Shown here in pieces: positions 26,690 to 39,996 of a stretch of 64,000 nt of DNA. This stretch comes from Pristiophorus japonicus (taxonomy: Eukaryota): NCBI RefSeq assembly GCF_044704955.1, contig NC_091993.1, positions 72,540,001-72,604,000 on the forward strand, in the 5' to 3' direction. The notes below the pieces were generated by a model, which saw only the letters and a program-made list of their open reading frames with translations, ran no database searches and was not told the origin of the DNA. Both the position numbers and the translations under genes were made by a program. Positions within the stretch are counted from its first letter, which is position 1, and each line of letters starts with the position of its first letter.

Positions 26690-27075
26690 AATTGTCTGCA
26701 GATTAATGAGCTGCTGATCCCCTGTTACTTGTTAGAAACTGGACAATTAAGCTCCCTAGTCACTCCTTATAGAGGACCCCACAGTACAACCTAAAGGATC
26801 AAACCTTGCTGGCAAACAGTGGACAACCATAAACCACCTCAGAACTGGTTACGGTCGATGCTGCCACCTTCGCCATCGGTGGAAGATTAAAGCCTCCCCA
26901 TCATGTGACTGTGGAGCTCCTAATCAGACCCTGGGGCCCATCATTGAGCACTGCCCTCAGGGAATTCGCAGGCAGCCTACAAGATATCCATGCTGTTACA
27001 CTAGAAGCTTTGGCCTGGATATCTGACTTAGATATTGACATTTGATTTGCTTTGCTACTACCATAGAAAGAAGAA
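26690..27075 (+). mobile_element. Vingi/Ingi-like LINE 3' fragment
   Basis: Translates as KQWTTINHLRTGYGRCCHLRHRWKIKASPSCDCGAPNQTLGPIIEHCP (C-terminal zinc knuckle); ends in a (gaa)n tail. Confidence 0.7.
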
Positions 27076-27100
27076 GTGGCTCTGTTGGTAAGTGCAATGC

Positions 27101-27648
27101 TGTAAGAAATCGTGGATTGTAAGAAATAGTCTTATAAGGGTTCCCTCGCTCAGCAGTCTGCCCAAGTTGATGACACTGAAGGATTCCAATCACATCAGAT
27201 AAGGGATTGCACAGACAACTGAGTTAGAAGGGCATAACGCAAAAAAAAAGGTTCAAGCACGGAACCTTGAGATTAAAAACTGTCCAAGAGAAGGTGTGAT
27301 CTCATAGGAAGGGGAGGGTTTTTCACTGAAGAGGTGAGACAAAGAACTCAACATATAGGTTAAATGGTTCTGTCCATATTCTACACCAGGCCCACCCCTA
27401 AAAAGAGAATAAAAGAAAGACATAGAAGGCATTTCAGAGCAGATGGTGAAGATAAGAACTGTTTGTACCACCAGTCGTTTTCTGATCGGAACTAACAACA
27501 GCTGCTTGTCACGGTCGTATGTCTGCTATGTCTATCCTGATTGTGTGTTGTGTTTGACTATATTTGAACTACTGCTCCTTAATAAAATGCCTTATAACTC
27601 CTAAGACCCTTTGGGTATCTGTGTGTGACCAGTGATCCTAATCTTACA
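27101..27648 (+). mobile_element. Solo LTR
   Basis: Perfect 7-bp inverted termini TGTAAGA...TCTTACA, 4-bp TSD atgc/gtgc (3 of 4 match), AATAAA near 27581. Confidence 0.7.
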
Positions 27649-27739
27649 GTGCCTACTGTAACAGAACCAGCTTCCATCCCCAGTCTGTGGTAAATTAGTT
27701 GTTCTTAACCAGAACTACTGCAGTTCACCAATACCAAAG

Positions 27740-27892
27740 TAAAATACTGCAGATGCTGAAAATCTGAAATAAGAACAGAAAATACTGGAAATACTCAGCA
27801 GGTCAGGCAGCATCTGGCAGAAGGTCATCGATCTGAAACGTTAACTCTTTCTCGCTCCACCTGCTGAGTGTTTCCAGCATTTTCTGTTTTTA
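27740..27892. mobile_element. Palindromic repeat, probably derived from a Penelope-like element terminus
   Basis: Arms acagaaaatactggaaatactcagcagg and cctgctgagtgtttccagcattttctgt; related to 63490-63590 and to older copies at 1-60 and 28700-28850. Confidence 0.6.
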
Positions 27893-28269
27893 CTGAAGCA
27901 TGGGAGAGGTTCCTGGGTTTCTGCAGCACTTGTGTTGGGTGTCCAGGGGTTTAGCAACACTGAGGTCATAGTTTGGCAGATTTGTGCAGGTAGGGATGTT
28001 CCTGGAGTTTGCTAATACTGAGGGCTTGGTCCTAGGTTTGGCAGCACTAGGGATGACATGTGGTTTCCTTTCCTGGGGAATTGCTGAGTCTTGACACTGG
28101 TGGACGGAGGGTCCTGTGTCCCGAGACATCGGGGGTGCCTCAACTGGGTAGGGCTAGGGATACAGTTCATCGCTTTGTGGAACATATTTGCTCAAAATAC
28201 TGTAGCTTGCTTTCTTTTACCTAGATAACCCAGGACCCCCTTCCTCGCAGCTACCCCTCAAGATGCACA

Positions 28270-28670
28270 CACTCGCCTCTGAGTCAGCAGGTCGTGAGTT
28301 CTAGTCCCACTCCAGAGACTTGAGCGCATAATCCAGGCTGGCATTCCAGTGCAGTACTGAGTAAGTGCTGCACTGCCAGAGGTGCCGTCCTTCGGATGCG
28401 ACATTAAACCGAGGCCCTGTCTGCTCTCTCGGGTGGATGTAAAAAGAGTAGGAGAGTTACCCCGGTGTCCTAGCCAATATTTATGCCTCAAAAACATTAC
28501 TAAAACAGATGATCTGGTTATTATCACATTGCTGTTTGTGGCCGCTTGCTGTGTGCACATTGGCTGCCCCATTTCCTATATTACAACAGTGACTATATTT
28601 CAAAAAGTACTTCATTGACTATAAAGCATTTTGGGTGTCCTGTAGTTGTGAAGGGCGCTATATAAATGAC
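28270..28670 (+). mobile_element. DeuSINE (SacSINE1-like), near full length
   Basis: tRNA-like head with B-box-like gagttctagtccc, Deu core, tail aagggcgctatataaatg. Confidence 0.8.
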
Positions 28671-29547
28671 CTACTGCAGCTGGATAAATAAATAATACAA
28701 AATAAAACTAAACTGCAAAAGCTGGAAATCTGAAATAACATTAGAAAATGTTGGAAATGCACAGTGCGTCCATCAGCAAAGGAAAATGGTGGGGCAGAAG
28801 AAAATGTAAGACATTAAATAAAAACAGGAAATGCTGGGAAAATGTCAGAGACTCATATAGCTGTAACATGAAATATTTCTGTGCACGATTGTTTTAGGAT
28901 GATGACAATAACCAAAGCTGTGCTGTTAATCACAGCCTTTGTCTATCGGCATTTATTTCTGAAGCAAAACCTTTCTCTGAAACTTTACCAGTAAAACTTT
29001 TCAGATTCACCTGTTACCTCATTTTTAAAGCACTTGGAAAAACAAAGAAACAGAGAAATCCTGGTGCAGCAAGAAGAAAGACCTTTGCACTGAGAAGAAT
29101 AATATGCATTTTCCTAAACACAATCATTGTTTATGAATTCTAAGTATTTTCCTATAGTCTGTTGTGTTCCAATTAAAACTATGAACAAAGCTTAGGTTTG
29201 TTAATTATGTCCTTTGTCTGACTGTGTCTCTCTTGCACTCTCTGCCTCTTTTTGAAGTAGAAGATGAACAATCAAATTCACATAAAAATTTTTGCTTGAA
29301 ATGTCTTTTAAAAATTCCTTTTCTAGATGGTTTGTAAATGACTTGGGAAACAAGCAAACCAAGAAATATGATTAAGGACTGAGTAGGGTATGCTTGCAGT
29401 TAGACATTGACAATCCTGCTGAAGAACGCTGGCAGACTCTATACACTTGACATTTTCAGGCTGTGGGATTCTAGGAATTACAGGCACAAGTTAATTGCTA
29501 ATTCCCTTCAGCTCAAAGAATGATCATTGTGGGAAAAATATTAACTC

Positions 29548-30065
29548 CAACCTAAGGAACAATATACTTGCCATGGAGGGAGTGCAACAAAGATTCACCA
29601 GACTGACTCCTGGGATGGGGGGATTGTCCTATGAGGAGAGATTGAGTAGACTAGGCTTGTATTCTCTAGAGTTTAGAAGAATGAGAGGTGATCTCATTGA
29701 AACATACAAAATTCTTACAGGGCTCCACAGGGTAGATGCAGGGAGGATGTTTCCCCTGGCTGGAGAGTCTAGAACCAGGGGTCACAGTCTCAGAATAAGG
29801 GGTCAGCCATTTAGGACTGAGATGAGGAGAAATTTATTCACTCAGAGGGTGGTGAATCTTTGGAAATCTGTACCCCAGAGAGCTGTGGAGCCTCAGTCTG
29901 AGTATATTGAAAGACAGAGATCGATAGATTTTTGGATATTAAGGGAATCAAGGGATATGGGGATAGTGCAGGAAAGTGGAGTTGAGGTAGAAGATCAGCC
30001 ATGATCTTATTGAATGGCAGAGCCGAATGGCCTACTCATGCTCCTATTTCTTATGTTCTTATGTT
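29548..30065 (+). mobile_element. 5'-truncated CR1 LINE
   Basis: EGVQQRFTRL..GLYSLEFRRMRGDLIETYKI; tail ttcttatgttcttatg. Confidence 0.9.
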
Positions 30066-31469
30066 CCAACCTTAGGCTTTGGAGAAAGGCCAAACTAAAA
30101 TGTTAATGAAGACACTAAAAGATTGAAAAGACAATTTTACAATAAAGTTTAATCATGCTATATGTAATTTTTTAATGAATGATCTTACTAATCTTATTTG
30201 GACATTGCAAAGATCAGTTACACTGGCAGAAGTGTGATTTTTTGGGGATGATTTGCTTCAGGTTCTACTCTATTTGTAAATATTCAGTTGAAATTAAATG
30301 AAAGAAAAAAAGAAAGACTTGCATTTATATAGCACCTTTCACAACCATTGGACATCTCAACACACTTTACAGCCAATTAAGTACTTATTGAAGTGTAGTC
30401 ACTGTTGTAAATGAGTGAATTAAAAAAGTGTGATGCCAAAGTGAGATGCAGAAAGTGACATGACAGACACAAAGTGTGCACTGTCATGCTGTTTTTGATA
30501 ATATGTATCTATATCTTACTAAAGATCATGTTTCGCGCACACAGTCCATTGAAACCTGCTGTGTAAATTTTCCAATGGGAAATCCAACGTTAAAAAGTCA
30601 ACACTTACCTGTCACTCCACCAGGTGGCACTATGCTGTCTTTTACCAAGAAAATCGCTCAATATATGTCCCAGATTTCAGGATCCTTCCCACATCCCTCA
30701 TCAGTGTTCCCAAAACCCTGGGACTGCCCTCAAAATACTGTCGGATCCTGAGATCCCATCCAGTACTATCAGAACTCAGACCCAGTTTCCAGTGCTCCCA
30801 AATCCCGGGTGTTATAAATCAGAGTCTCTGGTGTTACTACTTGGTATAAAACCTTGAATGCATCATAAGCTATGCCTGGTGAGATCTAGTTATATATAAA
30901 AGTCCTGCATCCAGTGTGTGCCCATCACTCTCCAGATAGTTCACTTCTAAACTTCACTCTTTGTTGCACATCTACAATTCGTTGTCATCTTTAGCCGTAA
31001 CTTCAATTCTGATCAATTAGTTGAATCGTTCCTGTTTAAATGCAAGAGTTTCAGATGTTTTAAATTCTATTTCTGAGGCTGGCCTGTATAACTCACTGTA
31101 CTTAAGCAGCGGTATCTTGTGGCATTGTTGATGTTAGCCACTAAAATGGAATTGTGTTTAACCTGGCCTGCTCCAATTCTCCCCGTGGCCAAGTCCTGGT
31201 AATGGCAGCTATTTGTAAGTTGCTGGCTCCAGGGCAGACCAACCCAGTTCCAATTTTGTGGCTAACATCAACATTGGTACAAGATACTGCTGCTTAAATA
31301 CAGTGAGTTATAAAACAAATGCCTTTTCTATTTTTTTTAATTTTGGATTTGTGTGGAAGATTTCACATTATAAATTTACTAAAGGAGATAGAGGTAGGGC
31401 CAGGGACGGATTAAGGGGGGGGGGGGGGGTGGAGGGGGGAGCAGATAGGGCAGTCGGCCAGGGCCTATG

Positions 31470-33011
31470 GCTTCCACAGAGGAATCTCCCTGTTATCAGC
31501 CACTGGGAAAGTCGTCGCTAGAGTCCTCCTCAACCATCTTCTCCCTGTGGCTGAGGAGCTCCTCCCGGAGTCACAGTGCGGATTTCGTCCCCTTCGGGGC
31601 ACAACGGACATGATTTTTACAGCGTGACAGCTGCAGGAAAAATGCAGGGAACAGCACCAGTCCTTATACATGGCCTTCTTCGACCTTACAGAGGCCTTTA
31701 ACACTGTCAACCGCGAGGGTCCGTGGAGCATCCTCCTCCGTTTCGGATGCCCCCAAAAGTTCGTCACCATCCTCCGCCTGCTCCACGACAACATGCAGGC
31801 CGTGATTCATGCCAATGGATCCATTACAGACCCAATCCACGTCCGGACCGGGTTCAAACAGGGCTGCGTCATTGCCCCAACCCCCTTCTCAATCTTCCTC
31901 GCTGCCATGCTCCACCTCACAGTCAACAAGCTGGAGTGGAACTAAACTACAGAACCAGTGGGAACCTGTTCAACCTTCGTCATCTCCAGGCCAGCTCCAA
32001 GACCACCCAACCTCTGTCGTCGAGCTACAGTACGCAGATGACGCCTGCGTCTGTGCACATACAGAGGCTGAACTCCAAGTCCTAGTCAACGTATTTACTG
32101 AGGCATATGAAAGCATGGGCTTTACGCTAAATATCCGTAAGACAAAGGTCCTCCACCAGCCTGTCCTCGCCGCACAACACTGCCCCCCAGTCATCAAGAT
32201 CCATGGCGCGGCCCTGGACAACGTGGACCATTTCCCATACATCGGTAACCTCTTATCAACAAGAGCAGACATGGACGACGAGATTCAACACCATCTCCAG
32301 TGCACCAGTGCAGCCTTCGGCCGCCTGAGTGCTTGAAGACCAGGCCCTCAAATCTGCCGCCAAGCTCATGGTCTACAGGGCTGTAGTAATATCGGCCCTC
32401 CTGTATGGTTCAGAGACATGGACCATGTACAGTAGCTACCTCAAATCACTGGAAAAATACCACCAACGATGTCTCCGCAAGATCCTACAAATCCCTTGGG
32501 AAGACAGATGCACCAATGTTAGCATCCTCATCCCCAGCATTGAAGCACTGACCACACTTGATCAGCTCCACTGGGCAGGTCACATTGTCCGCATGCCAGA
32601 CACGAGACTCTCAAAGCAAGCGCTCTACTCAGAACTCCTTCATGGCAAACAAGCCAAAGGTAGGCAGAGCAAACGTTACAAGGACACCCTCAAAGCCTCC
32701 TTGATAAAGTGCAACATCCCCACCGACACCTGGGAGTCCCTGGCCAAAGACCACTCTAAGTGGAGGAAGTGCATCCGGGAGGGCGCTGAGTACCTCGAGT
32801 CTCATTGCCGAGAGCATGCAGAAATCAAACGCAGGCAGCGGAAGAAGCGAGCGGCAAACCTGTCCCACCCACCCCTTCCCTCCGCGACTATCTGTCCCAC
32901 CTGTGACAGAGACTGTGGTTCTCATATTGGACTGTTCAGCCACCTAAGGACTCATTTTTAGAGTGGAAGAAAGTTTTCCTCGATTCCAAAGGACTGCCTA
33001 TGATGATGATG
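31470..33011 (+). mobile_element. 5'-truncated RTE-clade LINE
   Basis: PESQCGFRP, FFDLTEAFNTV, GFKQGCVIAP, LQYADD, LLYGSETW, zinc finger CPTC..HLRTH, (atg)n tail. Confidence 0.93.
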
Positions 33012-33165
33012 AAGCCTAGAGTGGGGCCCATACAGGCTCAGATTAAGGGTAAGGGTAAACAGTATTGATATAAGTGACGTAGTAAGAGCAGAGCGAAGCC
33101 GTGAGGGCTCAGGTGCATGTTATTCTCGACGATGTAAACAGACTCTAGATGCCCTTTTTCTAGAG

Positions 33166-35988
33166 ATGCATTCTACACACAAATCGGGGGCGAAATAAAG
33201 GAAAGAGCACCAGCGACTCGAGGAGCAAGAGACGAGAAGTAGCTAAACTGCTTGAACTAGATAATTTTTTCCAAGTAAAAATTCAAGATCATGAAGATGA
33301 AAGCCAAGACGACACTGTGCAGTCAACTTCAACAACGAAACCACAAGTGGCACCAGACCCGGAGTTGGCCGAGTTGGAGCTCCAAGTCCAAAAAGTTGAA
33401 GAAGATGAAAACCAACTGCCGCATATTGCACTGAAAGAGGCGCAACTTCCGAGTGACATTGGGCTGTGCGGAGACAATATCTCAGAAGACAAGCCATTGG
33501 ATTGCAAAAGGTAGTGAGGACTGCCGAAATTGTGATAAAGACTTCCAAAACTTCGGCCAAGGAAGGATGTCGCTGATACTGCTCAAAGTCCTTCTTTACA
33601 CGTGTGTACCCACTGACAGGGGAACATGTGGAGCCAACGTGACTGTTATTCACCTGCGAGCACCATCGGAGCAGGCCGGGGAGCGGAAGGAGCAGTGTGG
33701 CGGCATACCACTCCAGGGAGCAGCACGTGCTGGAGCAGGAGAACGTCATCAAGGTCCAGGCCAATGATGGGAGCGTGGGCAGGAACAGCAGGAGCGGCGA
33801 GGTCGGGGCGAAGGAGCGACGAGGTCAGGGTGAAGGAGTGGCGAGAGATTGTAGAGGAACATGATCGGGGCCCAGGAGAGGCGCGAGTTCGGGGCCCAGA
33901 AGATGCGAGGGCCCAGGGGCAGCACGGGCCAGCCCACACTGCGCACTAGGTCCGTGCAGCAGAGCTGGTCTCCAGTCGTCTTGGTTAATCCTTGCCACTG
34001 GACCAAGACCTAGCTCTGTCAAGCCCGTGTGGTGGCTGATGTGCAACGGTCACCACACATTAAAAAAATCCACTCACAGGCATCTTCCACCTTTCAAGGC
34101 TTAGTTCGGGACCTGGAATTTTAGGTCCTTCATTGAAACACCTATGAACTTTTTGACGTGGAAGCAAGTCATCCTCGACTCGAGGGACTATCTATGATGA
34201 TGATGATGTTATTCACCTTCAAACGGTAGAGTATACTGCTTTGCTTGCAAGGTCACAACACGAACAAGTAGCCACTTTACTCATGGGTTTAATGACTGGA
34301 AGCAAGGAGATGAGAGGATTTCATCTCACGAAAACATCCACCAGCTTAGAGAAGCCACGGTAGTAATGTGCACTAGACAAGCAGGCACTGGTTGTGTGGA
34401 TGGTCATATTGTCTTCCAGTTTGTAAATGAATGGCAGTACTGGCACAAGGTGCTAGAGCGGGCTGTCTGTGTGATAACGTTTCTCTGTGAACGAGGTCTT
34501 TCATTACAAGGCAGAGATGAAATTGTTGGGTCTCCAAGTAATGGTAATTATCTGGGTGTGTTGGAGGTTCTCACAAACTACAATGCATTTCTTGCTGAAC
34601 ACATCAAGCGGTTCACCAACAAAGGCAAGGGGCATACTTCATACTTGTCTTCCACCATTTGTGAAGAACTGATTAGACTGATGGGTGGCAAAGTACTTGA
34701 GATGATTATCCAGGAATTTAAATCAGTGAAGTTCTATTCAGTATCTGCTGATTCACGCCAGATGTCACACACTCAGATCAGTTGACATTTGTCGTCCGTT
34801 ATGTTCTACCGACTGATCCTGAGGAAAGGTTTCTGAAGTTCTTGTCGATAATCGGTAGTACTGGACAAGAAATAACAGAAATAATACTGGCCTTTCTGGA
34901 TGAGAACGTGGATCGACATAATCTTATGATAATGCTTCAAATATGAGTGGGAAATACATTGGTGTCTAAATTATCATCAAAGAGCAATGGCGATATGCGA
35001 CATTTATACCATGCGCAGCACACTCACTCAACCTTGTGGGGAAAAACAGTGCCGAATGCAGCCCAATGATCATCAGATTGTTTGACATTGTACAAAAGTT
35101 GTACAATTTTCACTCTGCATCGATATATCGCTGGTGACGGCTTTATGAAAAACTAAGGACTGTCTGTTGTCAAACAGCTTTCTGCTACTCGATGGTCAGC
35201 AAGGCATGAAGCACTGTCAGCCCCGCTCAAAGGTTACACTCACATATGCAAAGTGTTGGAATCCCTGGCAAATGACGTGGAACAGAAAGTTGAATGCCAA
35301 AATTAAGCTCAGTTGATCCTTGACAAATTGGATTCAGCTATTCTCATTGTTATTTGCAATACACGTCCAGGTACACAACCGCCACTATGCTGATGCTGAA
35401 ACCACTGCTGTCACTCAAGGAGAAATTCAAAACTGAAGTGTTCCTTGTCATCATTGACCAACTAATCAGTACCTTGAAACACCACCGTGAAGCATACAAG
35501 GAAATCAACTGTAAGTTTGGATTCCTGTCCAAGCTAGCCACTCCCTCGACTCAAGAGATCAAGCAAACCGCAGCAAATCTTGCCCGCTCCTATCCCAAAG
35601 ATCTGGAACCTATGATTGAAAGTGAATTCATCCAGTTTTCTAGCTTGGTGGCATCCTCAACAGAGCTTCAAACCTCAATTTGTGTCAAACAAACCAAGTC
35701 AGCAGAGCTGAGAATGTACCAATTCCTCCATACACACACCCTCACCCAAACCTTTTCTAACATTGAAATAGCTCTTCGGATATATCTGTCGATGATGGTA
35801 TCAAATTGCAGTGGTGAGCGGTCCTCTTGAAACTAAAATGCATCAAGAATGAGGTCAGGAACCAAATGGGACAAGATCAACTTAATACTCTTTCAATCAT
35901 GAGCATCGAGAGCGAAGTACTGAGAGGACTTGACTCGAAAATCATTGATGAGTTTAGCCGACAAAAATCTAGGAAAAGACCAATGTAA
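33166..35988 (+). pseudogene. hAT transposase (DUF4371/ZMYM1-like), disrupted
   Basis: SGAK*RK start, GNYLGVLE..HTSYLSSTICEELI, FYSVSAD, YDNASNMSG, CAAHSLNLVG, TRWSAR and dimerisation motif ALRIYLSMMVSNCSGERS. Confidence 0.88.
33656..34206 (+). mobile_element. Non-autonomous RTE-derived short element
   Basis: 12-bp TSD tgttattcacct (33644-33655 and 34207-34218); 3' end and (atg)n tail shared with the RTE LINE at 32960-33011. Confidence 0.85.
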
Positions 35989-37413
35989 TGTTATACTTCT
36001 AGTTGCCTCTATGGAGAAAATGGAATGCAAATGACAAATGATGGTCTTCCAAACAAATTGCGCTGTCTTGTTCTAAATTGTTGTCATTGTCGATTTAGTT
36101 TCAAAATGTATGGATTTTTTTAAATTAAAGAATTGTTCACTGTTTATACAGGGTTTCATCAAGGTATCAGTTTGATTGTTTGGAAACATAATAAAATATT
36201 AAATGAGTGTCGTCATAGTATCAATGAGAACATAACCTGAGATGTAGACCTGACCTGACCCTGACCCGATGCATATTCAGTATAGTGCCCTGTGACTTGG
36301 CTCATTAATGGCATCTACTGCAGGATGTGAATGGGAGAAGGGGGCCCATGGCCAGGGTACTGCCCAGACCCTGAGGCACCCTTAATCTGTCCCTGGTTAG
36401 GGCCATGGATTTTAATGAATAAAAATGACAGGAAAGCTGCAAACCTGAAATGCACAGCAATGTGGAAAGAGAAAAGATTGCTTTATGTTCAGGGGGTTAT
36501 CATCCTCAGAATCGAGCCTCTTCGGCCCAGTTCATGAAATGCTCTAAAATAAATGAGGTGTTACAGGTTTTTATTCTCACCCAAGATCTTGTATCAGGAT
36601 TTCCCTTTGAGAGGGGAAACTCTGAGCACTGGTTATGTTGAACACACTGTAACTGTTCAGTGGCTTGAAACAGTGCTCACCTTGTCACATAATATTCAGG
36701 TAAAGAATAATCTCTATATATGCACATTAAAACTCACATCTGGAGCACCAACCAATCTATCTGCAATATCGCTTTCGTTATCTCTGCACGGACTGACCTC
36801 CCTGAATTATATAAAGTAGATCTGGTGCGAAAGCTCTTGTATCACCTCTGTATCAGGGAAATTCTTATCGGGAGCATTGCATCTTTCTCATTTGTTTTCA
36901 GAGCTGTAGCTCAATAATCTAATGTTCTCTTACAACTCACAGATGATCTTTTATATTGCTTAATCAAAGATTTAAAACAATAAAGTGCCAAAAATTGCCA
37001 GTTTATGAAAGTGGAAGATGACATGAGTGACAACAATATTATGGAAAAACAGAGATTAGGTTGGATTTATTATTGCAACCAATGCATTGCTACAGGTCAA
37101 GACACTCGGTTAGAGACAACGGTGAACATATTTAAGATAAATAACGTTAGAACTAATATACAGTTATGTGTTGCTATGGAAACTGTCAACACTTAATACG
37201 TTTTTCTTTCAATTGGATATTAAATTTATTTTTAGAATCAATACTCATAGCTCCCCAAAGGATGAATAGATGCAATACAGACAAGGAAGTTGCCGGCTTC
37301 AATCATTGGACTGTGCTGAGTTAGCTGATCGTGGTTCCTGATTGGATCCATGGACCAGCACTGGAAATTGTGTGTGTGAAAGCCAGGTAGGGCTCAGCTA
37401 TCTGACCAGCCAT

Positions 37414-37700
37414 AGAAAGAAAGAAAGGCTTGCATTTATACAGCGCCTTTCACGACCACCGGACGTCTCAAAGCACTTTACAGCCAATGAAATACTTCTG
37501 TAGTATAGTCACTGTTGTAATGTGGGAAACGCAACAGCCAATTTGTACACAGCAAACTCCAACAAACAGCAATATGATAATGACCAGATAATCTCTTTTG
37601 GTTATGTTGATTGAGGAATAAATATTGGCCAGGACACCGGGGATAACTCCCCTGCTCTTCTTCGAAATAGTGCCATGGGATTTTTTTACGTCTCATCCAA
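37414..37700 (-). mobile_element. 5'-truncated DeuSINE inserted at the edge of the minisatellite
   Basis: Deu core and tail; agccata duplicated on both sides. Confidence 0.8.
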
Positions 37701-37701
37701 A

Positions 37702-39996
37702 AGCCATACCCACTCACTGTCTAGCGCTCACCTATCTGACCAGCCATGGTCACTCACTGTCTCGTGTTCACCTATCTGACCAGTCATGGTCACTCACTGT
37801 CTAGCGCTCACCTATCTGACCAGCCATGGTCACTCATTGTCTCTCACTCACCTATCTGACCAGCCATGGTCACTCACTGTCTCGTGTTCACCTATCTGAC
37901 CAGCCATGGTCACTCACTGTCTCGTGTTCACCTATCTGACCAGTCATGGTCACTCACTGTCTCGTGTTCACCTATCTGACCAGTCATGGTCACTCACTGT
38001 CTCTCACTCACCTATCTGACCAGTCATGGTCACTCACTGTCTCGTGTTCACTTATCTGACCAGCCATGGTCACTCACTGTCTCGTGTTCACCTATCTGAC
38101 CAGCCATGGTCACTCACTGTCTCTCACTCACCTATCTGACCAGTCATGGTCACTCACTGTCTCGTGTTCACCTATCTGACCAGTCATGGTCACTCACTGT
38201 CTCGTGTTCACTTATCTGACCAGCCATGGTCACTCACTGTCTCTCACTCACCTATCTGACCAGTCATGGTCACTCACTGTCTCGTGTTCACCTATCTGAC
38301 CAGTCATGGTCACTCACTGTCTCGTGTTCACCTATCTGACCAGTCATGGTCACTCACTGTCTCGTGTTCACCTATCTGACCAGTCATGGTCACTCACTGT
38401 CTCTCGCTCAGCTATCTGACCAGTCATGGTCACTCACTGTCTCTCACTCAGCTATCTGACCAGCCATGGTCACTCACTGTCTCTCACTCAGCTATCTGAC
38501 CAGTCATGGTCACTCACTGTCTCTCACTCAGCTATCTGACCAGTCATGGTCACTCACTGTCTCTCACTCAGCTATCTGACCAGCCATGGTCACTCACTGT
38601 CTCGTGCTCAGCTATCTGACCAGTCATGGTCACTCACTGTCTCTCACTCAGCTATCTGACCAGTCATGGTCACTCACTGTCTCGTGCTCAGCTATCTGAC
38701 CAGTCATGGTCACTCACTGTCTCTCACTCAGCTATCTGACCAGTCATGGTCACTCACTGTCTCGTGTTCACCTATCTGACCAGCCATGGTCACTCACTGT
38801 CTCGTGTTCACCTATCTGACCAGTCATGGTCACTCACTGTCTCGTGTTCACCTATCTGACCAGCCATGGTCACTCACTGTCTCGTGTTCACCTATCTGAC
38901 CAGCCATGGTCACTCACTGTCTCGTGTTCACCTATCTGACCAGTCATGGTCACTCACTGTCTCGTGTTCACCTATCTGACCAGTCATGGTCACTCACTGT
39001 CTCTCACTCACCTATCTGACCAGTCATGGTCACTCACTGTCTCGTGTTCACTTATCTGACCAGCCATGGTCACTCACTGTCTCGTGTTCACCTATCTGAC
39101 CAGCCATGGTCACTCACTGTCTCTCACTCACCTATCTGACCAGTCATGGTCACTCACTGTCTCGTGTTCACCTATCTGACCAGTCATGGTCACTCACTGT
39201 CTCGTGTTCACTTATCTGACCAGCCATGGTCACTCACTGTCTCTCACTCACCTATCTGACCAGTCATGGTCACTCACTGTCTCGTGTTCACCTATCTGAC
39301 CAGTCATGGTCACTCACTGTCTCGTGTTCACCTATCTGACCAGTCATGGTCACTCACTGTCTCGTGTTCACCTATCTGACCAGTCATGGTCACTCACTGT
39401 CTCTCGCTCAGCTATCTGACCAGTCATGGTCACTCACTGTCTCTCACTCAGCTATCTGACCAGCCATGGTCACTCACTGTCTCTCACTCAGCTATCTGAC
39501 CAGTCATGGTCACTCACTGTCTCTCACTCAGCTATCTGACCAGTCATGGTCACTCACTGTCTCTCACTCAGCTATCTGACCAGCCATGGTCACTCACTGT
39601 CTCGTGCTCAGCTATCTGACCAGTCATGGTCACTCACTGTCTCTCACTCAGCTATCTGACCAGTCATGGTCACTCACTGTCTCGTGCTCAGCTATCTGAC
39701 CAGTCATGGTCACTCACTGTCTCTCACTCAGCTATCTGACCAGTCATGGTCACTCACTGTCTCGTGCTCAGCTATCTGACCAGTCATGGTCACTCACTGT
39801 CTCTCACTCAGCTATCTGACCAGTCATGGTCACTCACTGTCTCTCACTCAGCTATCTGACCAGTCATGGTCACTCACTGTCTCTCACTCAGCTATCTGAC
39901 CAGTCATGGTCACTCACTGTTTCGTGCTCAGCTTTATGACCAGCCATGGTCACTCACTGTCTCTCACTCAGCTATCTGACCAGTCATGGTCACTCA
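37702..39996. repeat. 40-bp minisatellite, about 57 units
   Basis: Consensus cagtcatggtcactcactgtctcgtgttcacctatctgac with a few variable positions. Confidence 0.98.

Larger units (their letters stand above)
31401..36395 (+). mobile_element. hAT DNA transposon with both ends and two nested RTE insertions
   Basis: TIRs cagggacggattaaggg and cccttaatctgtccctg; 8-bp TSD ggtagggc/gttagggc (7 of 8 match). Confidence 0.88.

Noticed and set aside
33166-35988. Host ZMYM1 gene
   Set aside because: Lies between TIRs and a TSD with many stops; it is a dead hAT transposase.
37702-39996. CRISPR-like array (regular period, palindromic unit)
   Set aside because: No unique spacers, units are contiguous, no cas genes, vertebrate context.
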